DNA from: a virus
Length of the DNA: 46,158 nucleotides
Virus record (IMG/VR): IMGVR_UViG_3300010356_000385
Direction: 5' to 3' (one strand)
In this document: positions 7,181-13,614 of the stretch, piece after piece
Layout: each line of letters begins with the position of its first letter
Position numbering within the stretch: position 1 is the first letter of the stretch
Made by a program: the position numbers and the translations under genes
Notes under the pieces: generated by a model
The model's database searches: none
Told to the model about the DNA's origin: nothing
The model's input: only the letters and a program-made list of their open reading frames with translations

Positions 7181-7411
7181 TTAATCTGAAAATGGTATAA
7201 CCCTATAATCTTTTGCTCCAAGTCTAAACCATTCTTTTACTGTAAAGGGTACACCCAAGAATTTGCTCGTTCCTTTGATCTTCACATACCCATCAGCTAC
7301 TGCTATCACCTCCCCCTCTATCTCTACCCAATAATTTGTACTGATTGTCTCTTTTAGATCGTCTACATTATCGTATTTTCTTTCAACAATAACTTTGTCG
7401 CCTACTTTCAT
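7181..7411 (-). CDS. Hypothetical protein (76 aa)
   Basis: ATG ORF. Confidence 0.55.
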   Translation of the reverse strand: MKVGDKVIVERKYDNVDDLKETISTNYWVEIEGEVIAVADGYVKIKGTSKFLGVPFTVKEWFRLGAKDYRVIPFSD

Positions 7412-7429
7412 AATAGTAATACTAATAAT

Positions 7430-7795
7430 TTAATTGTCATTCATAATATCGGCGTTGAAAAGGTGAACCTTAACCCCGTCGTACTCCCAATGAAAGTCCT
7501 CACCCTCTAATAGCTCTTGTAGGTCTATTTCTGTTAGATCTATTTCTATCTCGTGATCCTTTGTCTTTTCTTCTAGCCGTCTTAATAGATAGTCTAGTAC
7601 ATCAATTTTACCTAGTATATATGCCTGATCTTCACGCCTTGTAAACTCGCTATCATCTAACTCATTACGCATAAAGGACTCGTAGTACTCCTTGTTAAAC
7701 TTTTCACCCTCTTTACTCGCTATGTAGTACTCATACATATCGTTTTTACAAATTTGTAGAGTCTTCTCTATTTCCTTTTTAATTTTAGTATTCAT
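7430..7795 (-). CDS. Hypothetical protein (121 aa)
   Basis: ATG ORF with an acidic product. Confidence 0.6.
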   Translation of the reverse strand: MNTKIKKEIEKTLQICKNDMYEYYIASKEGEKFNKEYYESFMRNELDDSEFTRREDQAYILGKIDVLDYLLRRLEEKTKDHEIEIDLTEIDLQELLEGEDFHWEYDGVKVHLFNADIMNDN

Positions 7796-7796
7796 T

Positions 7797-8087
7797 TTAG
7801 TCTTCGTTTAATTTAATTACTATACTTGTTACAAGCCCATACTTGCCCCCTCTTGTAACATATACAGGGTAAACCCCGTCGCCCCCAAAATCCTCTATAA
7901 CAACCCCTAACCCTGTATGTCCTAGTTTGAAATTGAATTGTTTACCGTTGCCAACCCCCATACTGTTCCATTGATCCATAAAAGTCTTGTATTCTTCTTT
8001 ATCTGATAGGTAACAAGGATCTGTTATGTATAGCGTTCCACTATCTACACCACAATATCCTATTAATTCTAATTTCTTATTATCCAT
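7797..8087 (-). CDS. Hypothetical protein (96 aa)
   Basis: ATG ORF starting 1 nt after the upstream stop. Confidence 0.6.
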   Translation of the reverse strand: MDNKKLELIGYCGVDSGTLYITDPCYLSDKEEYKTFMDQWNSMGVGNGKQFNFKLGHTGLGVVIEDFGGDGVYPVYVTRGGKYGLVTSIVIKLNED

Positions 8088-8105
8088 TATAGTTTTATTA
8101 ATAAT

Positions 8106-8483
8106 TTAAAAATCGTTTTCTGCTGTAACTACCTCGCCGTTCTCGTCGTGTATTTCCTCTATCTGCACATCGGCGTCTGCACCCATTATCCTTTCGGGTA
8201 TTCCTAAATAGTCGTCGTCCCAAAATTTATCAATCGCCTCGCTTCTGTTTCTGGCTTCTACTTCCACGGCTTCCTGTACTGTATAGCTGTAATAGATTTT
8301 ATATTTCTTTTCTTTTGTATCCTCTTGTGCCGTGATAGTATCTTCCCAAGCGTTTTGTATCTCTACTAGAGTATCGTAAAACCTGTTAGCGTATGCCATA
8401 GCTGTAACCTGATCCTTTTTCTCATTTTCATACCCAGTCAATACATTACAGATCTTGTTATATATATCCTCTTTTGTTTTCAT
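8106..8483 (-). CDS. Hypothetical protein (125 aa)
   Basis: ATG ORF with an acidic product. Confidence 0.6.
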   Translation of the reverse strand: MKTKEDIYNKICNVLTGYENEKKDQVTAMAYANRFYDTLVEIQNAWEDTITAQEDTKEKKYKIYYSYTVQEAVEVEARNRSEAIDKFWDDDYLGIPERIMGADADVQIEEIHDENGEVVTAENDF

Positions 8484-8501
8484 TATAGTATTAATAATAA
8501 T

Positions 8502-8768
8502 TTATTTATCTAAAAGTGGCTCTACTCCACCATAAAAATCAGTTGCCCATTTATCCACATCAAGCCCTGATATTTTTCTTATATTGCCATTTGTTTCGTT
8601 TGTTATTTCAATGTAGTAAATGTATCCACTATCGCTAGAGTAAACATCAATAGTCCATTCTGTTTCGCCGTCCTTGTTATCCAGTTGATAGCTTGTGATC
8701 GTGTCATAGGTCTTACATATACCCCCGTGCTTTTTAGCTTCCTTTATTAATTCAATTATAGTTTTCAT
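8502..8768 (-). CDS. Hypothetical protein (88 aa)
   Basis: ATG ORF. Confidence 0.55.
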   Translation of the reverse strand: MKTIIELIKEAKKHGGICKTYDTITSYQLDNKDGETEWTIDVYSSDSGYIYYIEITNETNGNIRKISGLDVDKWATDFYGGVEPLLDK

Positions 8769-8785
8769 AATGATAGTTTTAAAAA

Positions 8786-8953
8786 TTATTTAACAACTTC
8801 CTTTTTAACCACCCTTGTTTTTACATTGGTCGGATAGCCTCCAAAACCTTTGTAATATACTAGGTAATCACCTTTAGAGGTTAAGCAATAATCTAAAAAA
8901 TGATAATTGCCTTTACTTTCTAGTATTTCCTTTAGCCTTTTCTTAATATCCAT
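8786..8953 (-). CDS. Hypothetical small protein (55 aa; below the ORF-track cutoff)
   Basis: Hand-translated as MDIKKRLKEILESKGNYHFLDYCLTSKGDYLVYYKGFGGYPTNVKTRVVKKEVVK. It fills an otherwise empty 210-nt gap. Confidence 0.45.
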   Translation of the reverse strand: MDIKKRLKEILESKGNYHFLDYCLTSKGDYLVYYKGFGGYPTNVKTRVVKKEVVK

Positions 8954-8977
8954 TTTAGTTATTTTAAAAATTATATA

Positions 8978-9469
8978 TTAAACATATTCGTACACGGCTT
9001 CACCATTGCTAAACTGCCCGATCTTCTTTAATTCTGTAGTATGTCTTGCAAGTACTTTAGATACATGTTGAAGTATCTTGTTTAGCTGTTGTTCTTGCTT
9101 CCTTGTCATTTCAAAACTCTTATTGTTTACATTTAAGAAATTACCCCAAGTATCATACTCAACTATATTCACATCAAAATTATATCCTGAATAATATCCC
9201 GATCTTACTACTACCTCTACTGTAAAGAAGTTGTTATATTTTTTACTTTCATCTACAAGATATTCCTGTATATGGCTCGACGGATAGCTTCTTAATTCGT
9301 CGCTATCTGTATTGCTTTGTATTCCTTTGCACCTACTTGCTAAATACTCATCGGCTTCTAGATCCTCTAAAATGGCTTCCTTTGTATACTGGTATTCTAT
9401 ACCGTCTATGTCGTCGGTATCGTCTACAGTATAAAGGAAGTTTTTAAAATAAAAATTGTTTGTACTCAT
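8978..9469 (-). CDS. Hypothetical protein (163 aa)
   Basis: ATG ORF. Confidence 0.65.
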   Translation of the reverse strand: MSTNNFYFKNFLYTVDDTDDIDGIEYQYTKEAILEDLEADEYLASRCKGIQSNTDSDELRSYPSSHIQEYLVDESKKYNNFFTVEVVVRSGYYSGYNFDVNIVEYDTWGNFLNVNNKSFEMTRKQEQQLNKILQHVSKVLARHTTELKKIGQFSNGEAVYEYV

Positions 9470-9491
9470 TGTAGTATTACATTAATTTAAC

Positions 9492-9800
9492 TTACTTTGT
9501 TTGATCATTTTTATATTCGATCTTCACCACTTCAAACGGTCTTCGCTCCCATAATATGCCGTTATCTGTTGGCGATTGATAAAAGATTGTTATTTCCTTT
9601 TTACCTCCTTTAAAATGGATAAAATTATATAACAGATTATCTACTTCACCCGTTGCCACGCCATAGCGTTCCAACTCATAGACAACCCCCCCAACTTTTA
9701 TTTGATCCCGTGGGAAGTTGTTACCACCCTTTAGGGAATACTTGCCGTTGTCCCGTTCGATCCTTTCTTTTAAGTTTGTAAAATCTTTGTATGTTTGCAT
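9492..9800 (-). CDS. Hypothetical protein (102 aa)
   Basis: ATG ORF. Confidence 0.6.
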   Translation of the reverse strand: MQTYKDFTNLKERIERDNGKYSLKGGNNFPRDQIKVGGVVYELERYGVATGEVDNLLYNFIHFKGGKKEITIFYQSPTDNGILWERRPFEVVKIEYKNDQTK

Positions 9801-9864
9801 TTCCTTTATAGCTTGTATTCAAGCCTTTAAAAATAAAATAAAAAAAACGGGCTTTAAACCTGTA

Positions 9865-10095
9865 TTAATATACAAGTTTGACCCGTTTTGCACTCCAGCC
9901 CCCTTTGATTATAGATATAATTTCACTTTCAAGCGTTGAAAGTGTTCCCTTTTTCAATGGTCTGGTAGGTTTGACCGTGATTATATCATTGTACCGTTTG
10001 ATCTGTTTAACTTTGAACTTCTCCATTGTCTTGGAGTCTAGTATCTCGACACTTGCCGTTGATGACAAGATATTTATATCTGATATTAAGTACAT
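9865..10095 (-). CDS. Hypothetical protein (76 aa)
   Basis: ATG ORF, followed on the minus strand by a short GC hairpin and a T8 run (9841-9862). Confidence 0.5.
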   Translation of the reverse strand: MYLISDINILSSTASVEILDSKTMEKFKVKQIKRYNDIITVKPTRPLKKGTLSTLESEIISIIKGGWSAKRVKLVY

Positions 10096-10157
10096 AATTA
10101 TATCCCCATTAATTTAGCTTTAACAATAATTGCGGTTAACATATGTATAGTAATACA

Positions 10158-10463
10158 CTAGCTAAAATATACCTTTAATGACTCTATAACCTTTGATCGT
10201 TCTTTGAGGTTGTCAATGTCTCTAAACTGATCGGCTTGTATATCTTCAATGTTTTTACATACATTAATGATCGCTTCAGCCCTTGCCTTTATACTTTCAG
10301 CCCGTATTTTAAGATATGAAGTACTTACGGGCTTTGACTTGTTAGAGTCTATTATATGGCTTTGTATCTCTTGCTTATCTGTATATATCTCTTTAGTAAG
10401 TGAATATATATAATTAACTAATAAGATATTATTATCTTTAATATTGATTATATTGTTGTTCAT
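10158..10463 (-). CDS. Hypothetical protein (101 aa)
   Basis: ATG ORF. Confidence 0.55.
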   Translation of the reverse strand: MNNNIINIKDNNILLVNYIYSLTKEIYTDKQEIQSHIIDSNKSKPVSTSYLKIRAESIKARAEAIINVCKNIEDIQADQFRDIDNLKERSKVIESLKVYFS

Positions 10464-10479
10464 TTTAGTATTGATAATA

Positions 10480-10788
10480 TTAATTTAGATCTTTAAAGGT
10501 ATATATACCCTCTTTGATCTTTTTTTCAGTTGTTTTTTTATCTTCACCTAGAAAAATATTTCTGTATTTACCAGTAGTTTTTGAGTAGTCCCAGTATACA
10601 GGATCTAAAACGGTTTTACCGTCATAATCTATATAAGCAATAATACTGTTATATGATTGGAAGTATACACGATCAAAAGCGACCTGATCGCTATCCCCTG
10701 AGGTTTTAACCCTGATCGTGAATTGATTGGCAACCTTATTGCCGTTGTTGCTTTCCATATTAGCAACTTTTATTGATTGGATATTCAT
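10480..10788 (-). CDS. Hypothetical protein (102 aa), first gene of the leftward arm
   Basis: ATG ORF about 50 nt downstream of the predicted start site of promoter 10845-10873. Confidence 0.6.
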   Translation of the reverse strand: MNIQSIKVANMESNNGNKVANQFTIRVKTSGDSDQVAFDRVYFQSYNSIIAYIDYDGKTVLDPVYWDYSKTTGKYRNIFLGEDKKTTEKKIKEGIYTFKDLN

Positions 10789-10844
10789 ATAAAATAATAT
10801 TAAAAATTTATTAATGGGATAATCTTTTTTGATTATCTTAACTC

Positions 10845-10873
10845 AATATACCACGAACACAAACAAGTGTCAA
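10845..10873 (-). promoter_or_regulatory. Leftward sigma70-type promoter
   Basis: The minus strand reads TTGACA-CTTGTTTGTGTTCGTGG-TATATT with a 17-nt spacer. It shares the TTCGTGGTAT block with the promoter at 6710-6738. Confidence 0.6.
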
Positions 10874-11135
10874 GTAGTATGTATATGAATATAATGGCTT
10901 GTAGTAATTCAACGGCTTTGATCTTGTCAATTTGGCGTAATAACAAGCACCCCGTTATATACCCATTAAGAGAATAATATATAAAATATCTAGTAATATT
11001 GGTATGTAATATCTATTAATCAGCGTAACTAACAAGAACCGTCCCATCTTCACCCCTATATACATATAAACAATACCTAGTATATAAGTTATATCTAGAT
11101 CATTAAGGGTATGAGGTATCTAAAGGTTGAGTATC

Positions 11136-11261
11136 TTATCCACTTATCCACAACGACGCCCGAGTTATCCACATAGTTATCCACAATTATATATATTGCA
11201 ATAATATGCACCTATAAAGGATAATTGACATATCTAGATCATAGTTATCCACATATCCACA
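11136..11261 (+). promoter_or_regulatory. Cluster of six same-orientation DnaA boxes (oriC-like or DnaA-titrating element)
   Basis: Perfect TTATCCACA at 11144, 11165, 11177 and 11245. 8/9 matches at 11136 (TTATCCACT) and 11253 (ATATCCACA). The flanking 13-mer ATATCTAGATCAT occurs twice (11091, 11231) and carries GATC. Confidence 0.7.
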
Positions 11262-11316
11262 TACCCTATTACTACTATCTCTAGTATTAATATATATCTA
11301 GAATTATATTATATTA

Positions 11317-11370
11317 TATGTATGTATGAGTATGTAATAGTATGTATATGTATGTATATGTATGTATATA
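11317..11370. repeat. Degenerate TATGTA/TATG tandem repeat tract (AT-rich unwinding-element candidate)
   Basis: The tract reads tatgtatgtatgagtatgtaatagtatgtatatgtatgtatatgtatgtatata. It is embedded in nearly pure A/T sequence next to the DnaA boxes. Confidence 0.75.
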
Positions 11371-11402
11371 TAACTAGATCCCGATACCGATATATATTTT
11401 TA

Positions 11403-11431
11403 TGGCAAGTATATATATAAATTTTTATAAT
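11403..11431 (+). promoter_or_regulatory. Candidate rightward promoter (-10 TATAAT)
   Basis: TATAAT at 11426-11431 with a weak -35 TGGCAA 17 nt upstream. Confidence 0.3.
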
Positions 11432-11442
11432 AATATTATTTT

Positions 11443-11610
11443 ATGCCGTCATATCAACACATCAAGAGAGGGCTACCACCCCGACTTGCTTTCGGTGATA
11501 AAATTTTGGAGGGTCCCACGTCCCCAGATAGAGACATTTTTAGGAATGTAGTACATACAAGTATTTACAAATACACACAAGTATGTAATAATACATACAA
11601 TAAATTATAA
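11443..11610 (+). CDS. Possible small ORF (55 aa) in the control region
   Basis: Hand-translated as MPSYQHIKRGLPPRLAFGDKILEGPTSPDRDIF.... It covers the only GC-richer patch of the AT-rich region, but it overlaps the predicted operators. Confidence 0.25.
   Translation: MPSYQHIKRGLPPRLAFGDKILEGPTSPDRDIFRNVVHTSIYKYTQVCNNTYNKL
11553..11604 (+). promoter_or_regulatory. Three 20-bp-phased near-palindromic repeats (operator candidates) overlapping a candidate promoter
   Basis: ACATACAAGTAT at 11553, ACACACAAGTAT at 11573 and ACATACAA at 11593. The idealised core is ACATAC-AA-GTATGT. TTTACA (11564), 16 nt, then TAATAA lie within the repeats. Confidence 0.45.
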
Positions 11611-11621
11611 AGGTTGTAGAT

Positions 11622-11924
11622 ATGAAGATAACGATAAGTATTCCGCAGAAGGTGTATGACGAGTTAGAGGGTTTGAGAGGTAGGGTTCCTAGGAGTACAT
11701 ACATACAGGGTTTGATCCAGGAGGTGGGTAATGCGAAGAAGAGGGAGATATTGGAGCGTGGTTTTGATTCTGATGTTAGTTATAGTGATAGTGAGCCGAT
11801 AAGTGGTACGAGTATGGAGGCGGTAGCGGGTCTTGGTAGTATGGGTAAGAAGAAAGCCGTTAAGGGTTCTAAGGAGTTGCCTAGTCAGGGAGAGGGTGAG
11901 TTTAAGACGTATTTTAAGAAGTAG
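11622..11924 (+). CDS. Ribbon-helix-helix (CopG/Arc/MetJ-like) DNA-binding protein
   Basis: The N-terminus KITISIPQKVYDELEGL..VPRSTYIQGLI fits a beta-strand/helix/helix pattern. It is the first gene of the rightward arm. Confidence 0.55.
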   Translation: MKITISIPQKVYDELEGLRGRVPRSTYIQGLIQEVGNAKKREILERGFDSDVSYSDSEPISGTSMEAVAGLGSMGKKKAVKGSKELPSQGEGEFKTYFKK

Positions 11925-11945
11925 TTAAATTAAGTTATAGATCTT

Positions 11946-12410
11946 ATGGATTTTTATACTATAAAGGTGGAGTGCATTAATTGTTCTCAGTACACGGGGG
12001 TTTTAAAGATAGACAAGGGTACGAGGATAGTGGACGCATTAAGGAGAGAGGGGTGTCCTGTGTGTGGTTGTAAGACGTTGAGTAGGGTTAAAGAATTAAG
12101 TTGGTATACTACTAATAGTTCAGACAATACAATTAGTGTTGGTAGTTGTAGGGAGCCAGAGTTTCCGACTGTTTATGCTGCGTCTTTTAAGGATTCTCCA
12201 GTATGGATTTGTGGAGATTGTGGTGGTAAGTATGGTCGTGGTGAGTGTGGTCTTGCCACTTGGCACGAGGACAGGTGTGATATTTGTGGGTTAACTACGT
12301 TTGTGACTGAGCCAAGGGATTTTGGTGGTTTAAGGAGTGATTTTGCTAAACTTCGGGCTACGGAGGTGGAAAATGGAACAGATGATTCCTTTTCAGATGA
12401 TAAGGCATAA
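11946..12410 (+). CDS. Cys-rich zinc-finger protein (154 aa)
   Basis: Several CxxC pairs: CINC, CPVCGC, CGDCGG, CDIC. Confidence 0.6.
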   Translation: MDFYTIKVECINCSQYTGVLKIDKGTRIVDALRREGCPVCGCKTLSRVKELSWYTTNSSDNTISVGSCREPEFPTVYAASFKDSPVWICGDCGGKYGRGECGLATWHEDRCDICGLTTFVTEPRDFGGLRSDFAKLRATEVENGTDDSFSDDKA

Positions 12411-12657
12411 TGATGATAATGGTATTAGTGGTACTGGGGTAGTGTTAGACGGGGTAATATTTCCAAATGGTAGGGTGGTGGTGTGTTGGAAAGCTGGTAA
12501 TGGTAAAAGTAAGTGTGGTAGTATTAATATATACGACAGTATAGAGGATTTTGAGGACATTCATGTGACTCATCATCCTGGGAATGGGACAGAATTAGTG
12601 GGTTATGATCTTGATGCGGAGGTAGAGCAGCGGCAGCTTGCTAGTCTCATAAACTAG
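12373..12657 (+). CDS. Hypothetical protein (94 aa from the ATG at 12373)
   Basis: GGAGGTGG lies 4 nt upstream of the ATG, whereas the track start at 12337 is GTG. The last 14 codons run into tRNA-Met. Confidence 0.5.
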   Translation: MEQMIPFQMIRHNDDNGISGTGVVLDGVIFPNGRVVVCWKAGNGKSKCGSINIYDSIEDFEDIHVTHHPGNGTELVGYDLDAEVEQRQLASLIN

Positions 12658-12690
12658 AGGTCAGGGGTTCGAGTCCCCTCCCCGCAACCA
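12614..12690 (+). tRNA. tRNA-Met: tRNA-Met (anticodon CAT; elongator or Ile2-type), CCA encoded
   Basis: Anticodon arm CTAGT-CTCATAA-ACTAG, T-arm AGGGG-TTCGAGT-CCCCT, acceptor TGCGGAG/CCCCGCA, then A and CCA. Confidence 0.85.
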
Positions 12691-12701
12691 GCTCTTTAAC
12701 A

Positions 12702-12775
12702 GGTGGCGTAGCCCAATTGGCAGAGGCTCCGATCTCAAAAATCGGCCAGTGTTGGTTCGAGTCCAGCCGTCACTA
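12702..12775 (+). tRNA. tRNA-Leu-like: Class-I-shaped tRNA with Leu anticodon CAA (74 nt, 5-nt variable loop, no encoded CCA)
   Basis: Reads GGTGGCG TA GCC-CAATTGGCAGA-GGC T CCGAT-CTCAAAA-ATCGG CCAGT GTTGG-TTCGAGT-CCAGC CGTCACT A. Confidence 0.8.
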
Positions 12776-12776
12776 A

Positions 12777-12850
12777 GCGCGTGTATCCCAATTGGCAGAG
12801 GAAGCTGTCTTAGAAACAGTTGAGTGCAAGTTCGAGTCTTGCCATGCGCA
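12777..12850 (+). tRNA. tRNA-Leu-like: Class-I-shaped tRNA with Leu anticodon TAG (74 nt, no encoded CCA)
   Basis: Reads GCGCGTG TA TCC-CAATTGGCAGA-GGA A GCTGT-CTTAGAA-ACAGT TGAGT GCAAG-TTCGAGT-CTTGC CATGCGC A. Confidence 0.8.
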
Positions 12851-12854
12851 CTTT

Positions 12855-12928
12855 GGATAGGTAGTCCAATTGGCAGAGACAGCGGACTTAAAATCCGTCC
12901 AGTGAGAGTTCGACTCTCTCCCTATCTA
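12855..12928 (+). tRNA. tRNA-Leu-like: Class-I-shaped tRNA with Leu anticodon TAA (74 nt, no encoded CCA)
   Basis: Reads GGATAGG TA GTC-CAATTGGCAGA-GAC A GCGGA-CTTAAAA-TCCGT CCAGT GAGAG-TTCGACT-CTCTC CCTATCT A. Confidence 0.8.
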
Positions 12929-12929
12929 C

Positions 12930-13013
12930 GGAAGATTGGCAGAGTGGTAATGCAGCAGTCTTGAAAACTGTAACGGTTAAATGCCGTCAGAGGTTCGAAT
13001 CCTTTATCTTCCG
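12930..13013 (+). tRNA. tRNA-Ser: tRNA-Ser (TGA), class II
   Basis: Anticodon arm GCAGT-CTTGAAA-ACTGT, long variable arm AACGGTTAAATGCCGTC, T-arm AGAGG-TTCGAAT-CCTTT, discriminator G. Confidence 0.85.
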
Positions 13014-13015
13014 CT

Positions 13016-13103
13016 GGAAAGTTGACAGAGCGGCTGATTGTGCTTCTTTGCTAAAGAAGTGGGTGTAAAAGCCTCGTGGGTTCGAATCCTACACTTTCCG
13101 CCA
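13016..13103 (+). tRNA. tRNA-Ser: tRNA-Ser (GCT), class II, CCA encoded
   Basis: Anticodon arm CTTCT-TTGCTAA-AGAAG, long variable arm, T-arm GTGGG-TTCGAAT-CCTAC, acceptor GGAAAGT/ACTTTCC, then G and CCA. Confidence 0.85.
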
Positions 13104-13104
13104 A

Positions 13105-13191
13105 GCAAGTACTGTAGAGACGGTGAGCTACGCTTGTCTGTAAAACAAGTCCTTTCGGGGTGTATAGGTTCGAATCCTATTACTTGCACCA
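13105..13191 (+). tRNA. tRNA-Tyr: tRNA-Tyr (GTA), class II, CCA encoded
   Basis: Anticodon arm CTTGT-CTGTAAA-ACAAG, variable arm TCCTTTCGGGGTGT, acceptor GCAAGTA/TACTTGC, then A and CCA. Confidence 0.85.
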
Positions 13192-13234
13192 GTGTTATTA
13201 GAATGGTATAAAATATTAAGATCTTTAAAAACAT

Positions 13235-13309
13235 GGTGGATATGGTTTATTGGTAAAATACCCTGCTGTGAACAAAGAGAAATTGGTTCGATTCCAATTA
13301 TCTACCCCA
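13235..13309 (+). tRNA. tRNA-His: tRNA-His (GTG) with genome-encoded G-1, CCA encoded
   Basis: An extra 5' G lies opposite discriminator C. Anticodon loop is CTGTGAA and the T-arm is ATTGG-TTCGATT-CCAAT. The anticodon stem CCCTG/CAAAG has two C-A mismatches. Confidence 0.7.
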
Positions 13310-13310
13310 T

Positions 13311-13386
13311 GCGAGATTCGTTTAATGGATCAGGATGACTGCCTTCCAAGCAGTGGGTATGGGTTCGATTCCCATATCTCGCACCA
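13311..13386 (+). tRNA. tRNA-Gly: tRNA-Gly (TCC), CCA encoded
   Basis: Anticodon arm ACTGC-CTTCCAA-GCAGT, T-arm ATGGG-TTCGATT-CCCAT, acceptor GCGAGAT/ATCTCGC. The D-stem is weak. Confidence 0.8.
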
Positions 13387-13387
13387 G

Positions 13388-13462
13388 GCTTCTGTAGCTT
13401 AACAGGTAAAGCTGCTGATTTGTAACCAGCCGTTTGAGGTTCGAGTCCTTGCAGAAGCTCCA
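13388..13462 (+). tRNA. tRNA-Thr: tRNA-Thr (TGT), CCA encoded
   Basis: Anticodon loop TTTGTAA, D-arm GCTT-AACAGGTA-AAGC, T-arm TGAGG-TTCGAGT-CCTTG, acceptor GCTTCTG/CAGAAGC. Confidence 0.8.
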
Positions 13463-13463
13463 T

Positions 13464-13538
13464 TAGGGAGTGGTCAAATGGTAAGACGACTGGCTTTGAA
13501 CCAGTAGACTCTAGGTTCGATTCCTAGTTCCCTAACCA
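13464..13538 (+). tRNA. tRNA-Gln: tRNA-Gln (TTG), CCA encoded
   Basis: Anticodon arm ACTGG-CTTTGAA-CCAGT, T-arm CTAGG-TTCGATT-CCTAG. Confidence 0.85.
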
Positions 13539-13539
13539 T

Positions 13540-13614
13540 GGGCTTATAGGCTAATTGGAAAACTATGTCACTTGCAATGACAAGTTCTGAGTTCGATTCT
13601 CAGTAGGTCCACCA
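13540..13614 (+). tRNA. tRNA-Ala: tRNA-Ala (TGC) with a G3-U70 pair, CCA encoded
   Basis: Anticodon arm TGTCA-CTTGCAA-TGACA. Acceptor GGGCTTA/TAGGTCC places a G-T pair at position 3-70. The D-arm is degenerate. Confidence 0.7.

Noticed and set aside
11317-11370. Short tandem repeats as a possible CRISPR array
   Set aside because: The repeat unit is 4-6 bp with no spacers. This is microsatellite-like AT-rich sequence, not repeat-spacer architecture.
12777-12928. Anticodon loops containing TAG and TAA looked like suppressor tRNAs or stop-codon recoding
   Set aside because: Suppressors would need anticodons CTA or TTA. Read 5' to 3' at positions 34-36, these are TAG and TAA, which decode CUA and UUA. 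All large genes are open in the standard code, so recoding is not supported.
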